Notes: generated by a model not told the origin, from the sequence alone. Positions 11,044 to 21,012 are shown, numbered from the whole stretch's first letter. The stretch is DNA of 62,334 nt, filler included, from a bacterium (GCA_027004335.1; 10 parts of 10 records of this genome joined end to end with filler, not necessarily neighbours in it); one strand, 5' to 3'. Numbers and translations are program-made.

Positions 11044-11814
11044 TCAAGGCAATTTTTTCAAAATTCCCCTTATCAATAAATACCCTCTGACAAAAGGGTA
11101 GTGGTGCAATTTTCTGTATTTACTATAGAATTTGATGAGTGCCTTTTCTTTTCTTTTAAATCTCTCAAAATCTCTCCAGCTCTGAGAGGTAGATTTTTCT
11201 CCATAGTGGATTATTCTTAGATTTATCTTTTCAACTTTCATGTTTTTCCTGTGAGCCATATAAAAAAAATCAAGATCCTCCCCATAGATAAAATAATCCT
11301 CTGGCCAGCCACCTATAAGCTCAAAAGTTCCTCTCTTCATCATCAATGCTGAACCCTGACACCATACCCCGTGCCTGAGACCCGCAAAAGATTTTAAAAA
11401 CTCTTCCACAAAAGGAAGGGTAAAACAGTTTTTGTAGAGCTCCTCTTTCTCGTTAAGTAGCAGGGGTACATAGATTTTATGACCTTTTTCAGCATAGATT
11501 TTTTCTGCCCATGGCATTGCAGGTCCAAGGAGCTTAACATCCGGATTTATAAAAAAAAGAACCTTACCTTTTGCACTCTTTACCCCTAAATTATTGGCCT
11601 TTGCAAAACCCAGATTTCCCCCGGACTTCTTTAATTTCACTCTCCCATCATCAATTTTTTCAAGGAACTCCAGAGAAAAATCTGAAGAATCATTATCAAC
11701 AATCACAACTTCAAAATCACCAGAGGTTTTTTCAAAAATGCTTCTCACAGTGGTTTCCAGATATGGACCGGTGTTGTAATTCACAATTATGTAACTGAGA
11801 AGAGGCGCAACCAT
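11044..11814 (-). CDS. glycosyltransferase family 2
   Basis: IIVNYN, VVIVDNDSSD, NLGFAKANNLG, INPD, YGEDLDF. Confidence 0.9.
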   Translation of the reverse strand: MVAPLLSYIIVNYNTGPYLETTVRSIFEKTSGDFEVVIVDNDSSDFSLEFLEKIDDGRVKLKKSGGNLGFAKANNLGVKSAKGKVLFFINPDVKLLGPAMPWAEKIYAEKGHKIYVPLLLNEKEELYKNCFTLPFVEEFLKSFAGLRHGVWCQGSALMMKRGTFELIGGWPEDYFIYGEDLDFFYMAHRKNMKVEKINLRIIHYGEKSTSQSWRDFERFKRKEKALIKFYSKYRKLHHYPFVRGYLLIRGILKKLP

Positions 11815-11871
11815 AACAGGTAAGATTTTACAGGCTTTCTATAAAAATTCAAAGGCACAAAATTTGCCAGA

Positions 11872-13113
11872 TTATGCTCTTCCTTCTCTTTCTTCTTCTT
11901 CCAAGAAAACAGCAAAAATAAAGGACAGTATTGAAAGTGCGATTAAAAGAGAAATAGGAGCTATATACTTACCTGTACTTTTATGTAGAAGCTCCATAAT
12001 CGGGACTATTGCCACAGCTGCACCGTTACCAAGGAGTTGAAGATATGCCGTGGAAATCCCGGCATACTCCTGCCCGCACACTTCCGCTGAAAAGATGAGT
12101 ATAATAGGAAAAGCTGAGATCACAAAAAATCCCGTAATAAATGCATTAAGCATATTCATTGATAGACTCCCACACTCTAAAAGACAGATCAAATCAAGCA
12201 TACCTAACAGTGGAGCAAAAATGAGAAAAGGTTTTCTTCTTTTAATTGTATCAGAAATTACGGGAATCACAATTGAACCCAGAATTCCACCAAAAATCAG
12301 CATGGAGGATACTTCACCTGCATCAACCATGGAGATCCCATGTAGTTCATTTAAAATCTTTTCCAGCCATGTGGCAAGGCCATTAAATACACCAATACCT
12401 ATCATTGCGATAAAACCTAACAGTATGAAGTCTCTGATTTTGAATAATTTCTTCATCCCCTCAAAATACAAACTGGAATCTGAAGTAACCACCTCCCTCA
12501 TTGCAACTGAAGGTTGCGATTTTACAAACAAAAAATAGATGAATAATCCAATTAACCCCAATATGGTGTAGAACCAGAGCATTGTTGTATAACCAAAATT
12601 TTTAACGATGGCAGGTGTTGCACCCAGAGCCATAATCATACCTAAAAACAGAGCAAGAGAACCAAGCCCCACAGCAGTTGCTTCCTCATTTTCTGGAAAC
12701 CATGTCACAGAAAGTTTTGCAACTCCGTTTAGAATAAAGGGTTGTCCCAGAGCAATTCCAAACTGAGAAGCTAAAAGCATTGCAAAGGAATTTGGAGCGA
12801 TTAATCTAAGCAGAGGGAATACTCCCACAAAAATTACACCTACCCCTACCCCGAATTTAAATCCTTTTTTATCAATTAAAATACCTGAAGGTAAAGAGAG
12901 AAAGAGGTAGATAAAGGGGAAAATCACCGTCAGGAGGCTTAGATTCATAGCTGAGATATGAAGAGCTTTTTCCATATAAGTATCTATGGCTGCAAAATTC
13001 AGCCAGTAAAGTTGTGTCAGGGCTGCCACATACATGTAAATTATAAGATTGATCCAGCGATAAAAGGGAGGTTTTCTCTCTTCTGTCACTACGGCATCAT
13101 TCATAATTTTCAC
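11872..13113 (-). CDS. MFS transporter
   Basis: About 12 hydrophobic segments; motif-A-like 'GILIDKKG' and 'ISDTIKRRK'. Confidence 0.88.
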   Translation of the reverse strand: MKIMNDAVVTEERKPPFYRWINLIIYMYVAALTQLYWLNFAAIDTYMEKALHISAMNLSLLTVIFPFIYLFLSLPSGILIDKKGFKFGVGVGVIFVGVFPLLRLIAPNSFAMLLASQFGIALGQPFILNGVAKLSVTWFPENEEATAVGLGSLALFLGMIMALGATPAIVKNFGYTTMLWFYTILGLIGLFIYFLFVKSQPSVAMREVVTSDSSLYFEGMKKLFKIRDFILLGFIAMIGIGVFNGLATWLEKILNELHGISMVDAGEVSSMLIFGGILGSIVIPVISDTIKRRKPFLIFAPLLGMLDLICLLECGSLSMNMLNAFITGFFVISAFPIILIFSAEVCGQEYAGISTAYLQLLGNGAAVAIVPIMELLHKSTGKYIAPISLLIALSILSFIFAVFLEEEEREGRA

Positions 13114-13171
13114 TCCTGTTTTACTTGCTTAAAATTAGCACTGTTTTAGAGAAAAGGCAAAGGTGTTGCTT

Positions 13172-13271
13172 NNNNNNNNNNNNNNNNNNNNNNNNNNNNN
13201 NNNNNNNNNNNNNNNTTAATTAATTAANNNNNNNNNNNNNNNNNNNNNNNNNNNNNNNNNNNNNNNNNNNN
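13172..13271. other. artificial contig linker (N-TTAATTAATTAA-N)
   Basis: Same 100-nt linker also at 17786-17885, 22354-22453, 26901-27000, 39862-39961, 44389-44488, 48903-49002, 53410-53509, 57880-57979. Confidence 0.98.
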
Positions 13272-14803
13272 GTCTAAATAGCCTCAAGAAAATAATCACT
13301 GAAGGATATATTTATGTTGATAAAACTAAACATCTTCTGGAACTTATTGAAAATTCTAATTATTACTTCCTCTCCCGACCAAGGAGATTTGGAAAAACCC
13401 TGACAGTGGACACCCTGAAAAACATTTTTGAAGGAAATAAAGAATTATTTGAGGGATTGTACATTTATGATAAGTGGGATTGGAGTAAAAAATATCCTGT
13501 GATAAGGGTGGATTTCAGTAGAATTAGTGCGGAGAGCGAGGAAATCTTCAAGGAAACTCTCATGGAGGTACTTCACTCCATTGCAAATGATCTGGGAATT
13601 GAAAACTGCAAAAGTGGCATCTACAGTAGTTTTTTTCTATGTTTGATAACAGAGGCTTATAAAAAATACAAGATGCCCGTTGTGGTTCTAATAGATGAGT
13701 ATGACAAGCCAATCTTAGACAACATAGAAAATCCCGAACAGGCAGAAAAGATAAGGGATCTCCTTGCAAATTTTTACGGAATATTAAAGGGACTTGATGA
13801 GTATTTGAGGTTTGTTTTTTTAACAGGGGTGACGAAATTTAGCAAGGTGAACCTGTTTAGCAAGTTAAATAACCTCTATGACATTACCATCAATGAGGAA
13901 TTTTCAGAAATTTGTGGATACACTGAGGAGGAGCTGGACAAATATTTCTCAGAATATCTCAGGGATGTAGACAGAGAGCAGGTCAAACTCTGGTACAACG
14001 GGTACAGCTGGCTCGGTGAGAAAGTTTACAATCCATTTGACATCTTATTATTCATAGCTAATAAATTCTCCTTTCGCCCCTACTGGTTTGAAACTGGGAC
14101 CCCTACATTTCTGATGAAGCTGATAAAAAAGCAGAAGTACTACATCCCAAATCTTGAAAAAGTTTTAGCCACAGATGAACTTCTTGGTAGTTTTGATGTT
14201 TACACAATGGAAATAGAGGCACTTTTATGGCAGACTGGATACTTAACCATAAAGGGAACTACACAATTTGGAGTCAGGCAGAGTTACATTCTTTCCTATC
14301 CCAACCAGGAAGTAAAAATATCCTTAAATGAGCACATTGCAAAGTATCTTTCAGGAATGAGTACCTCGGAATACGGGGAAAAAGCAAATCAAGTATATAG
14401 TGCCCTTGCCCAAGGGGAGGTTGAAGGTTTAATCCAGAACTTTAAATCCCTCTTCTCCTCCATAAGTTACACAAATTTTACAAAAAATGAAATAGACTCC
14501 TATGAGGGCTACTACGCAAGCGTAACCTACGCCTACCTTGCATCTCTTGGGGTAGATTTAATCGCAGAGGATGTGACAAATAAGGGAAGGATAGACTTAA
14601 CAGTCCTCGTGAATGATAAAGCATACATTCTGGAATTTAAAATAAAAGAAAACTTTCAGGATAACAAAACCCCCCTCCAGCAGATAAAGGAGAGAAATTA
14701 CTACCAGAAATACCAGGGGAAGGTTAAGGAGATATACCTCATTGGGATCACCTTTAGCAGAGAGAAGAGGAATATTGTGGGATATGAATATGAAAAACTG
14801 TAA
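13272..14803 (+). CDS. AAA-ATPase-like + C-terminal PD-(D/E)XK nuclease (PDDEXK_9/DUF1703-like) protein, 5' end cut by contig edge
   Basis: YVDKT, LSRPRRFGKT, LIDEYDKP, YWFETGTP, GRIDL...ILEFK; frame open from contig start. Confidence 0.9.
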
Positions 14804-14855
14804 GGCAGATCATCATCTACCCCAACTGTAATAGCGAATAATCATTTACCCCTAC
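14800..14855 (+). repeat. two tandem degenerate GTA(G)-type REP-like palindromes between convergent genes
   Basis: GTAAGGCAGATCATCATCTACCCCAAC (14800-14826) and GTAATAGCGAATAATCATTTACCCCTAC (14828-14855); same ATAATCAT-loop family as 15031 and 51340. Confidence 0.6.
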
Positions 14856-16705
14856 CCGATTTCCTCCATCAATTCCACCTTCTGTGAGGATGCGATAATT
14901 ACAATCTTTTTTAATTCCGGTATCTGCTCTGGATCTCCCCAGGAGGGGTGGGTGAATTTATGGGAGGAGACATATTTTTCTAATTGGGTTATTGCCTTGG
15001 TTTTGATCCGATTTATATTGGGCAGATGATGAGGCGTATGATTATACGCCTCTACAGAATCGGGTCCACGGCCTACATCATCCTGGATATCCTTGGGGTT
15101 CTGTTGGGGCGCACGGCCGTGCGCCCTTACATATTTTATTTCTATTAGGTACTCGTATTTTGTCAATCTTGTCACAGGCCAATTTTTGCGGAGATATATA
15201 TCTGCATAACCACCTGAAGCCTCATATTCTCCTTCAACAATGTATAATGGTGACAATGCGAGATAGGTTTTTAAAAACATCACCACCCCCTCTTCCCTCC
15301 AGATGAAATCCCTGATATTCGCCACTGCTTTGTAGAATTCCTCAAAGAGGAATTCAAAAAGAGGTCTCCATTCCCCCTTGTATGCCATGTTGCGGAATAA
15401 TTCTCCCAATTTCACTGTATCTATCCTCAAATCTGGAAAAGCCTCCTCAACTGCTCTCCGCATATACTCCCATAAAAGCATTCTCACGCTGTTGTTGGGA
15501 ATTGTAAAATTGTAATATCCACCTTCATAACTCTCTTTAATTGTTAGCAGCCCCAGATAGTAGAGGAGGGATATAAACTTCTCATTGGTAACTATTTCCT
15601 CAATGGCAAAACTGTCCACAAGAGCAGCTGAAATTTCCTCTTTATCAACTATTTGCTGGAGTATGTTAAAATTACCATTTAACCGCCTGCTTTCAATAAC
15701 AAGGAATCTTAACTTGCCGTAATCAGTGCGAATATTTGGATCTACAAGATCTTCAGGGATCTTTTGTCTGGAAATGTACTCATCAACAATATAAAGTACC
15801 ATGTCAGTGTCATACAATGTCTTTTTACTGTCACCAAATCTATAGTTGTTACTTGACTCCCGAAGAGTTACCAGCATATTATCTCTGTCTTCTTTGGCTA
15901 TAGCTCCCTCTGAAACATAGTAATCTACCAGATCTTCCACTTCTTCTTCCATTAGCCCGATCATCGTGCAGAATTCTGGTAACAGCGAGATATTCCTCCC
16001 AATATTCATCCCGCTTGTTACATCACTTAAGACAAAGGGACTGACACCTGTTACAAATAGCTTCTCTATGCTCCTGTTTTCAGTGCCATTTTTGATTACT
16101 GCAAAGAAGCTCCTCAAAAATCCTCCCGCATGGGTTATCTGTTTATATGTTCCTCTTCCATGCTCAATTAAGATGTTGTTGGCAAAGTTGTCATACTCAT
16201 CTATGAGGAGATAGTAGGAGATACCTGCTTGAGCCAATTCCCAGATTAATCCACCTAACAAACTGCTGGCGTTGTCCCGATCAGACAACCTGACAGCAAT
16301 TTCCCTAAAGCCAGGATGTAACCCTTCATATTTCTTTAAAAAATAATTTATCTGGTCTTTTATTGAGAGATTAAATAACTTCTCTATTTCATCCAGAGAT
16401 TTCCCCACAGGGATACCTGAAAAGTTTAATTTGAGAATAAGAAAACTGTTCCTCAACTCTGTAGGATTCTCCCCTATGTAGGTATCACCAAAAAGCTCTT
16501 TAAACTGATCCTTCCTTAAAATATCGTAATAATGCTCCAGAATTGAGATAAACAACGATTTCCCAAATCTCCTTGGACGGAGGAAGAAGAGGTACTGACT
16601 CCCAAGAGATTCTAATTTTTCAATGAACTGAGTTTTATCAACAAAGTAGTAGTTCTGTGTTTTTATCTTTTCGTAATTAGCAATACCGTAGGGGATTTTT
16701 TTCAT
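14852..16705 (-). CDS. AAA-ATPase-like + PD-(D/E)XK nuclease protein with in-frame repeat-derived insertion
   Basis: IPYGIANY, FVDKT, LRPRRFGKS, LIDEYDNF, GYADIYL...LIEIKY. Confidence 0.9.
   Translation of the reverse strand: MKKIPYGIANYEKIKTQNYYFVDKTQFIEKLESLGSQYLFFLRPRRFGKSLFISILEHYYDILRKDQFKELFGDTYIGENPTELRNSFLILKLNFSGIPVGKSLDEIEKLFNLSIKDQINYFLKKYEGLHPGFREIAVRLSDRDNASSLLGGLIWELAQAGISYYLLIDEYDNFANNILIEHGRGTYKQITHAGGFLRSFFAVIKNGTENRSIEKLFVTGVSPFVLSDVTSGMNIGRNISLLPEFCTMIGLMEEEVEDLVDYYVSEGAIAKEDRDNMLVTLRESSNNYRFGDSKKTLYDTDMVLYIVDEYISRQKIPEDLVDPNIRTDYGKLRFLVIESRRLNGNFNILQQIVDKEEISAALVDSFAIEEIVTNEKFISLLYYLGLLTIKESYEGGYYNFTIPNNSVRMLLWEYMRRAVEEAFPDLRIDTVKLGELFRNMAYKGEWRPLFEFLFEEFYKAVANIRDFIWREEGVVMFLKTYLALSPLYIVEGEYEASGGYADIYLRKNWPVTRLTKYEYLIEIKYVRAHGRAPQQNPKDIQDDVGRGPDSVEAYNHTPHHLPNINRIKTKAITQLEKYVSSHKFTHPSWGDPEQIPELKKIVIIASSQKVELMEEIG
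15031..15130 (-). repeat. cluster of REP-like palindromes inside CDS
   Basis: GTAAGGGCGCACGGCCGTGCGCCCCAAC (15103-15130), GTAGGCCGTGGAC remnant (15064-15076), GTAGAGGCGTATAATCATACGCCTC (15031-15055). Confidence 0.75.
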
Positions 16706-16794
16706 GGTTATTATTATAGCAGAAATGGTGAAAAGATGTATAGGATAAGGTGCAGGGCTTCAGAACATCTTTGCAATTTAACACATAAGGTATC

Positions 16795-17785
16795 TCATCC
16801 CCTCCTCAACCTTCTCTTCACACCGCCTACAAAGTATCTGAACTCCTCCACCCTCATTATCCATAACATGGCTGCATAAGACAGGAATCCCAGGGTACTT
16901 ATCGCTGTTAACCACAAAAGCCTGATCCAGACTGAATGGTGCCAGGGATAGCTCCAGAGGTTCTCAAACAACCATACAGAGATCCCCGCCACAGCCACAG
17001 CCACACTTAATTTAATAAGATATCCGGAGAAGTTTCTGAACCTCAATCTGCTATGCCTTTTAGCTGCTGCTATCCAGAGGTAGGTAAAATTCCCCATGGA
17101 GGCTACCGCTATTCCCAGAGCAAGCCCCATAAAGGAGATGTAGTGCATGAGGGTAAAACCAATAATAAAATTCAGAGTTAGTGAGATCAGCCCTGAGCGG
17201 AGGGGTACATATGGCTCTTTTCTGGAGTAAAAATATGGAGCAAGCACCCGCACAGATGCAGCTGACCAGAGGCCCACAGCATACATTTTTAGAGCTGATG
17301 AGGTTGCCACAGCCTTTGCAATACTAAAAGCTCCCCTTCTGTAGAGAACATCAACAATGGGAGTCGCCAGCATTAAATAGAGGAGCATTACAGGAACAAC
17401 AAGAAGAAAATTTATCTTTATGGAAAAAGAGAGAAGTTCCGCAGCCCTATCATGTTCAGATTCCGCACTCTGAATGGAGAGGGTTGGTAACTGAGCCGTT
17501 GAAATTGCAAAGGAAAATACTCCAATGGGTAACTGCATCAACCTATCAGCATAGTAGAGGTAGGAAACACTACCCTCATGGAGAAAAGAAGCTAACTGAG
17601 TGGAAACGAGGGTGTTGACCTGATACACCATCATTCCAAGAGCAGCCGGAATCAGGAGCTTACCAACCTCTATCACACCGGGATGTCCGGGATGAAATAC
17701 AGGCATAACCCTCAATTTAGTTTTGGGAAAATAAAGCACCTGCAACACAACCTGACACAATCCACCAAAAAGAACACCATATGCC
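16795..17785 (-). CDS. murJ: lipid II flippase MurJ (5' part missing)
   Basis: QVNTLVSTQLASFL, SYLYYADRLMQLPIGVF, LYRRGAF. Confidence 0.92.
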
Positions 17786-17885
17786 NNNNNNNNNNNNNNN
17801 NNNNNNNNNNNNNNNNNNNNNNNNNNNNNTTAATTAATTAANNNNNNNNNNNNNNNNNNNNNNNNNNNNNNNNNNNNNNNNNNNN

Positions 17886-18948
17886 ACATAGTACCCACCT
17901 GAGTAAAACTCACATTCTCAATACCCTTGAGAAACCCGGTAGCCAATTTCTCCATTATTTCTACCACCTCTTTCCATTTGTTCAGATTCTTCTCAAGATA
18001 ATCAAGTGTAGCCCAGCCTGCTGCCATGGCAACAGGATTCCCGGAAAGAGTGCCTGCCTGATAGATCTCACCCTCAGGAGCCACATGTTCTATTAACTCT
18101 TTCTTACCACCATAAGCACCAACAGGGAATCCACCTCCAATAACCTTGCCCAGTGTAACAAGATCAGGAATAATCCCTGTCAGTTCCGTTGCACCTCCAG
18201 GGGCGATCCTGAAACCTGTCATAACTTCATCAAAAATCAAAATGGAATCATATTCTTCAGTTACTTCCCTTAATGTTTCAAGGAAACCGGGAAGAGGCTC
18301 TACAACCCCCATATTGCCTGCAACAGGCTCCACAATTATAGCTGCAATCTCTTTTCCTCGTTCTTCAAAGAGTCTTTTTACCCCTTCAGTGTCATTGTAT
18401 TCAAGAACTATTGTTTTTTTTACAAAATCCTCAGGGACCCCCGGAGTACCAGGCAGTGAAAGAGTAGCAACCCCGGAACCAGCCTTAACAAGAAGGTAAT
18501 CAGCATGACCGTGATAACAGCCATTAAATTTCACAACGTAATCTCTACCTGTTACCCCCCTGGCAACCCTTATTGCGCTCATGGTTGCCTCTGTACCTGA
18601 GTTTACAAATCTCAACCTTTCTATATGCGGCATAAATTTCTTTATTTTCTCAGCAAGATGGATTTCCCATGGATTGGTAAGCCCAAAACTGAAACCCTTC
18701 TCCACCACAGACTTAACTTTTTCAACCACATAGGGATGGGCATGACCTAGAAGAAGGGGACCCCACGACATGATAAAATCAACATACCTATTTTTATCCA
18801 CATCAAAAATATATGGACCTTCACCTTTATTTATCACTACGGGAGAAGAATCAACAGCTTTAAACGCTCTTACAGGACTATTTACCCCTCCAGGGAAAAA
18901 CTCTCTGGCAGTATTAAAAAGCTTCTCAGAATTTTTTCTCTCTCTCAT
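17886..18948 (-). CDS. hemL: glutamate-1-semialdehyde 2,1-aminomutase (3' end missing)
   Basis: PGGVNSPVRAF, NSGTEATMSAIR, YHGHAD, FDEVMTGFR, GKVIGGG, QAGTLSGNP. Confidence 0.97.
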
Positions 18949-19435
18949 TTAAAAGCCTCCTTGCATAAACAGGGCTACTTTTCTTAAATTCCTTTACACT
19001 TTTATAAATGGCGTATTCCTGGGTGCCAAGCAACTGGACAATTTCTCTTATAATTTTCATAGGCTCTTTTTTGTTTCTTCCATGTATCATTGTAAAAAAA
19101 TTATACTCCCATTTCCCCTGTATTGTAACTCTTTCATAGGCATGGGAAATTTCTCTCTTTTTCTCTACAAATTTTCTAATTTTTTTAAGTTGCTCCTCAT
19201 TCAATTTCCACACAACCATGGCATTGGCCTTATAACCATACTTACGATGCCTCAGTATAGCTCCTATCCTTCTTATATATCCCTTCTGCATTAAAAAATT
19301 AATCCTGTTCAGCACTTCCTCCTGAGAGATCTCAAGAGAATTGCTCAGATCCTTAAATGGCTCAGGCTTAAGAGGTAGATCCCCTTCAAGAAAGGCAAGA
19401 ATCTTAAGATCAAGTTCATCAATATCATTTTTCAT
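18926..19435 (-). CDS. siroheme decarboxylase subunit (AhbB/NirH-like, Lrp/AsnC fold)
   Basis: GDLPL..EPF, RRIGAILRHR..GY.ANAMVVW, SHAYER, YNFFTMIHG; overlaps hemL. Confidence 0.85.
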   Translation of the reverse strand: MKNDIDELDLKILAFLEGDLPLKPEPFKDLSNSLEISQEEVLNRINFLMQKGYIRRIGAILRHRKYGYKANAMVVWKLNEEQLKKIRKFVEKKREISHAYERVTIQGKWEYNFFTMIHGRNKKEPMKIIREIVQLLGTQEYAIYKSVKEFKKSSPVYARRLLNEREKKF

Positions 19436-19520
19436 CCCACAATAGTATATTCACATAATCTTTGTTTTCCAGAGCAACTACCAGCACAGTAGACTAACAT
19501 ATTGGTCCTATACAATAAAC

Positions 19521-19860
19521 TTTTAACCTTTTGAATTTAGTTATAACTTGTTTTAACACTGATAAGACATTTTTTAGCGACCTTCAAAAGCTGTAGCAAT
19601 TGCAAAAGGAATTTTGCGGCCATGCAAATGTACCGGGCGCCATGAATATCCATAATTCAATTTAATAGCCCATTTACATTTGCATAGCAAAATTCTGGAC
19701 ACTAACCAGTTTTTAAAAATAGTATATCTTCCGCAATTGCGTCAACAGCTTTTGGGTCGCACGTTTTTCTTTTGGTGGGTTTTCTTTTTTTGAAAAAGAA
19801 AAGCCACATTATGAGAATGCAATTGAATTTAGCAAGTGAATCATATTGAAAATCCTTTTC
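19521..19860 (+). ncRNA. dispersed structured element, copy A (candidate ncRNA or MITE-like repeat)
   Basis: Homologous to the reverse complement of 51550-52011; nested stems with compensatory changes; 3' triplex motif. Confidence 0.65.
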
Positions 19861-19959
19861 TCTACGAATTTAAGTAAAGATCAAATATGTATTCTCTCTA
19901 AGTGCCAGAGCAACTTCTTTAGTTGCAAATCTATAATAATCCGTTATAATTTTTTTGGT

Positions 19960-20919
19960 ATGAAGTTAGTTGTAATTATCCCTGCCCTAAACGAAGAAAA
20001 AACTATTGCCGATGTTATAAAAAATATCCCCCGGAATATTGAAGGAATTAATAAAATTGAAATCGTAGTGGTAGACGATGGTTCTACAGATAACACTGCT
20101 AAGGTTGCCATGGAAGCAGGAGCTGAGGTGGTTTCACATGGAGTAAATCGGGGAGTTGGAGTGGCATTTAAAACAGGACTAAAAATGGCCCTTGAAAAAA
20201 AAGCTGATATAATGGTTCAGATTGATGGTGATGGGCAGTTCGATCCCGGTGACATCCCAAGGCTTATTAAACCAATAATTGATGGTATTGCAGATTTTGT
20301 TTCTGCTTCACGGTTCAAGAATCCTGAATATACCCCTCCAGATATTTCAGCAGTAAAAAAATGGGGCAACAAAAGGGTCGCATGGCTCGTAAGCAGGATT
20401 GCGGGACAGAAATTTTACGATGTTTCATGCGGCTTCAGAGCTTATAGCAAAGAGGCTCTCCTCAGAATAACACCCATCGCTGAATTCACTTATACTCAGG
20501 AAGTTTTCCTGGAATTAGCATTTAAGAAACTTAGAATCGAAGAGATCCCAGTCAAAGTCAGGGGGCAGAGAGAACATGGCAAATCAAGAATTGCAAGCAA
20601 TATTCCAATCTATGCATATCAGATATCCAAGATCATACTTAGATCTTTCAGAGACTATAAGCCGTTCACCTTTTTTGGGCTTATAGGGCTGGTATTCTTC
20701 CTATCTGGACTACCTCTGGAAGCAGTCCCTGTGATTACCAAAATTTATACAGGTAGTTTCACTCCATACAAAATTTACGGTGCTGCAGGGATAACCATGC
20801 AAATTATAGGTATCCTGCTATTCATAGTGGCCGTACTGGCAGATATAAACACCAGGCATAGAATCCTTCTTGACGAGATTCTTTACTTTGAACGGAGGAA
20901 GAACTTCTACGACCAATAA
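19960..20919 (+). CDS. glycosyltransferase family 2 (polyprenol-phosphate glycosyltransferase-like) with C-terminal TM helices
   Basis: IIPALNEE, VVDDGSTD, IDGDGQFDP, DVSCGFRAY; likely start ATG 19960. Confidence 0.9.
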   Translation: MKLVVIIPALNEEKTIADVIKNIPRNIEGINKIEIVVVDDGSTDNTAKVAMEAGAEVVSHGVNRGVGVAFKTGLKMALEKKADIMVQIDGDGQFDPGDIPRLIKPIIDGIADFVSASRFKNPEYTPPDISAVKKWGNKRVAWLVSRIAGQKFYDVSCGFRAYSKEALLRITPIAEFTYTQEVFLELAFKKLRIEEIPVKVRGQREHGKSRIASNIPIYAYQISKIILRSFRDYKPFTFFGLIGLVFFLSGLPLEAVPVITKIYTGSFTPYKIYGAAGITMQIIGILLFIVAVLADINTRHRILLDEILYFERRKNFYDQ

Positions 20920-20928
20920 GATTTCTTC

Positions 20929-20981
20929 TTGACATCACAATCCTTGTGTGGTTAAATAAAATTGAATATTGTATACAATAT
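20929..20981 (+). promoter_or_regulatory. sigma70-like -35 box and 16-bp palindromic operator upstream of gltA
   Basis: TTGACA at 20929; perfect palindrome ATATTGTATACAATAT at 20966-20981 (GntR-family-like TGTATACA core). Confidence 0.55.
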
Positions 20982-21012
20982 ACAATTAGGAAACTAAACA
21001 AGGAGTAGTGAT

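Noticed and set aside
19846-19959. N-terminal extension of the GT2 ORF
   Set aside because: Overlaps the element tail and promoter; family similarity starts at ATG 19960
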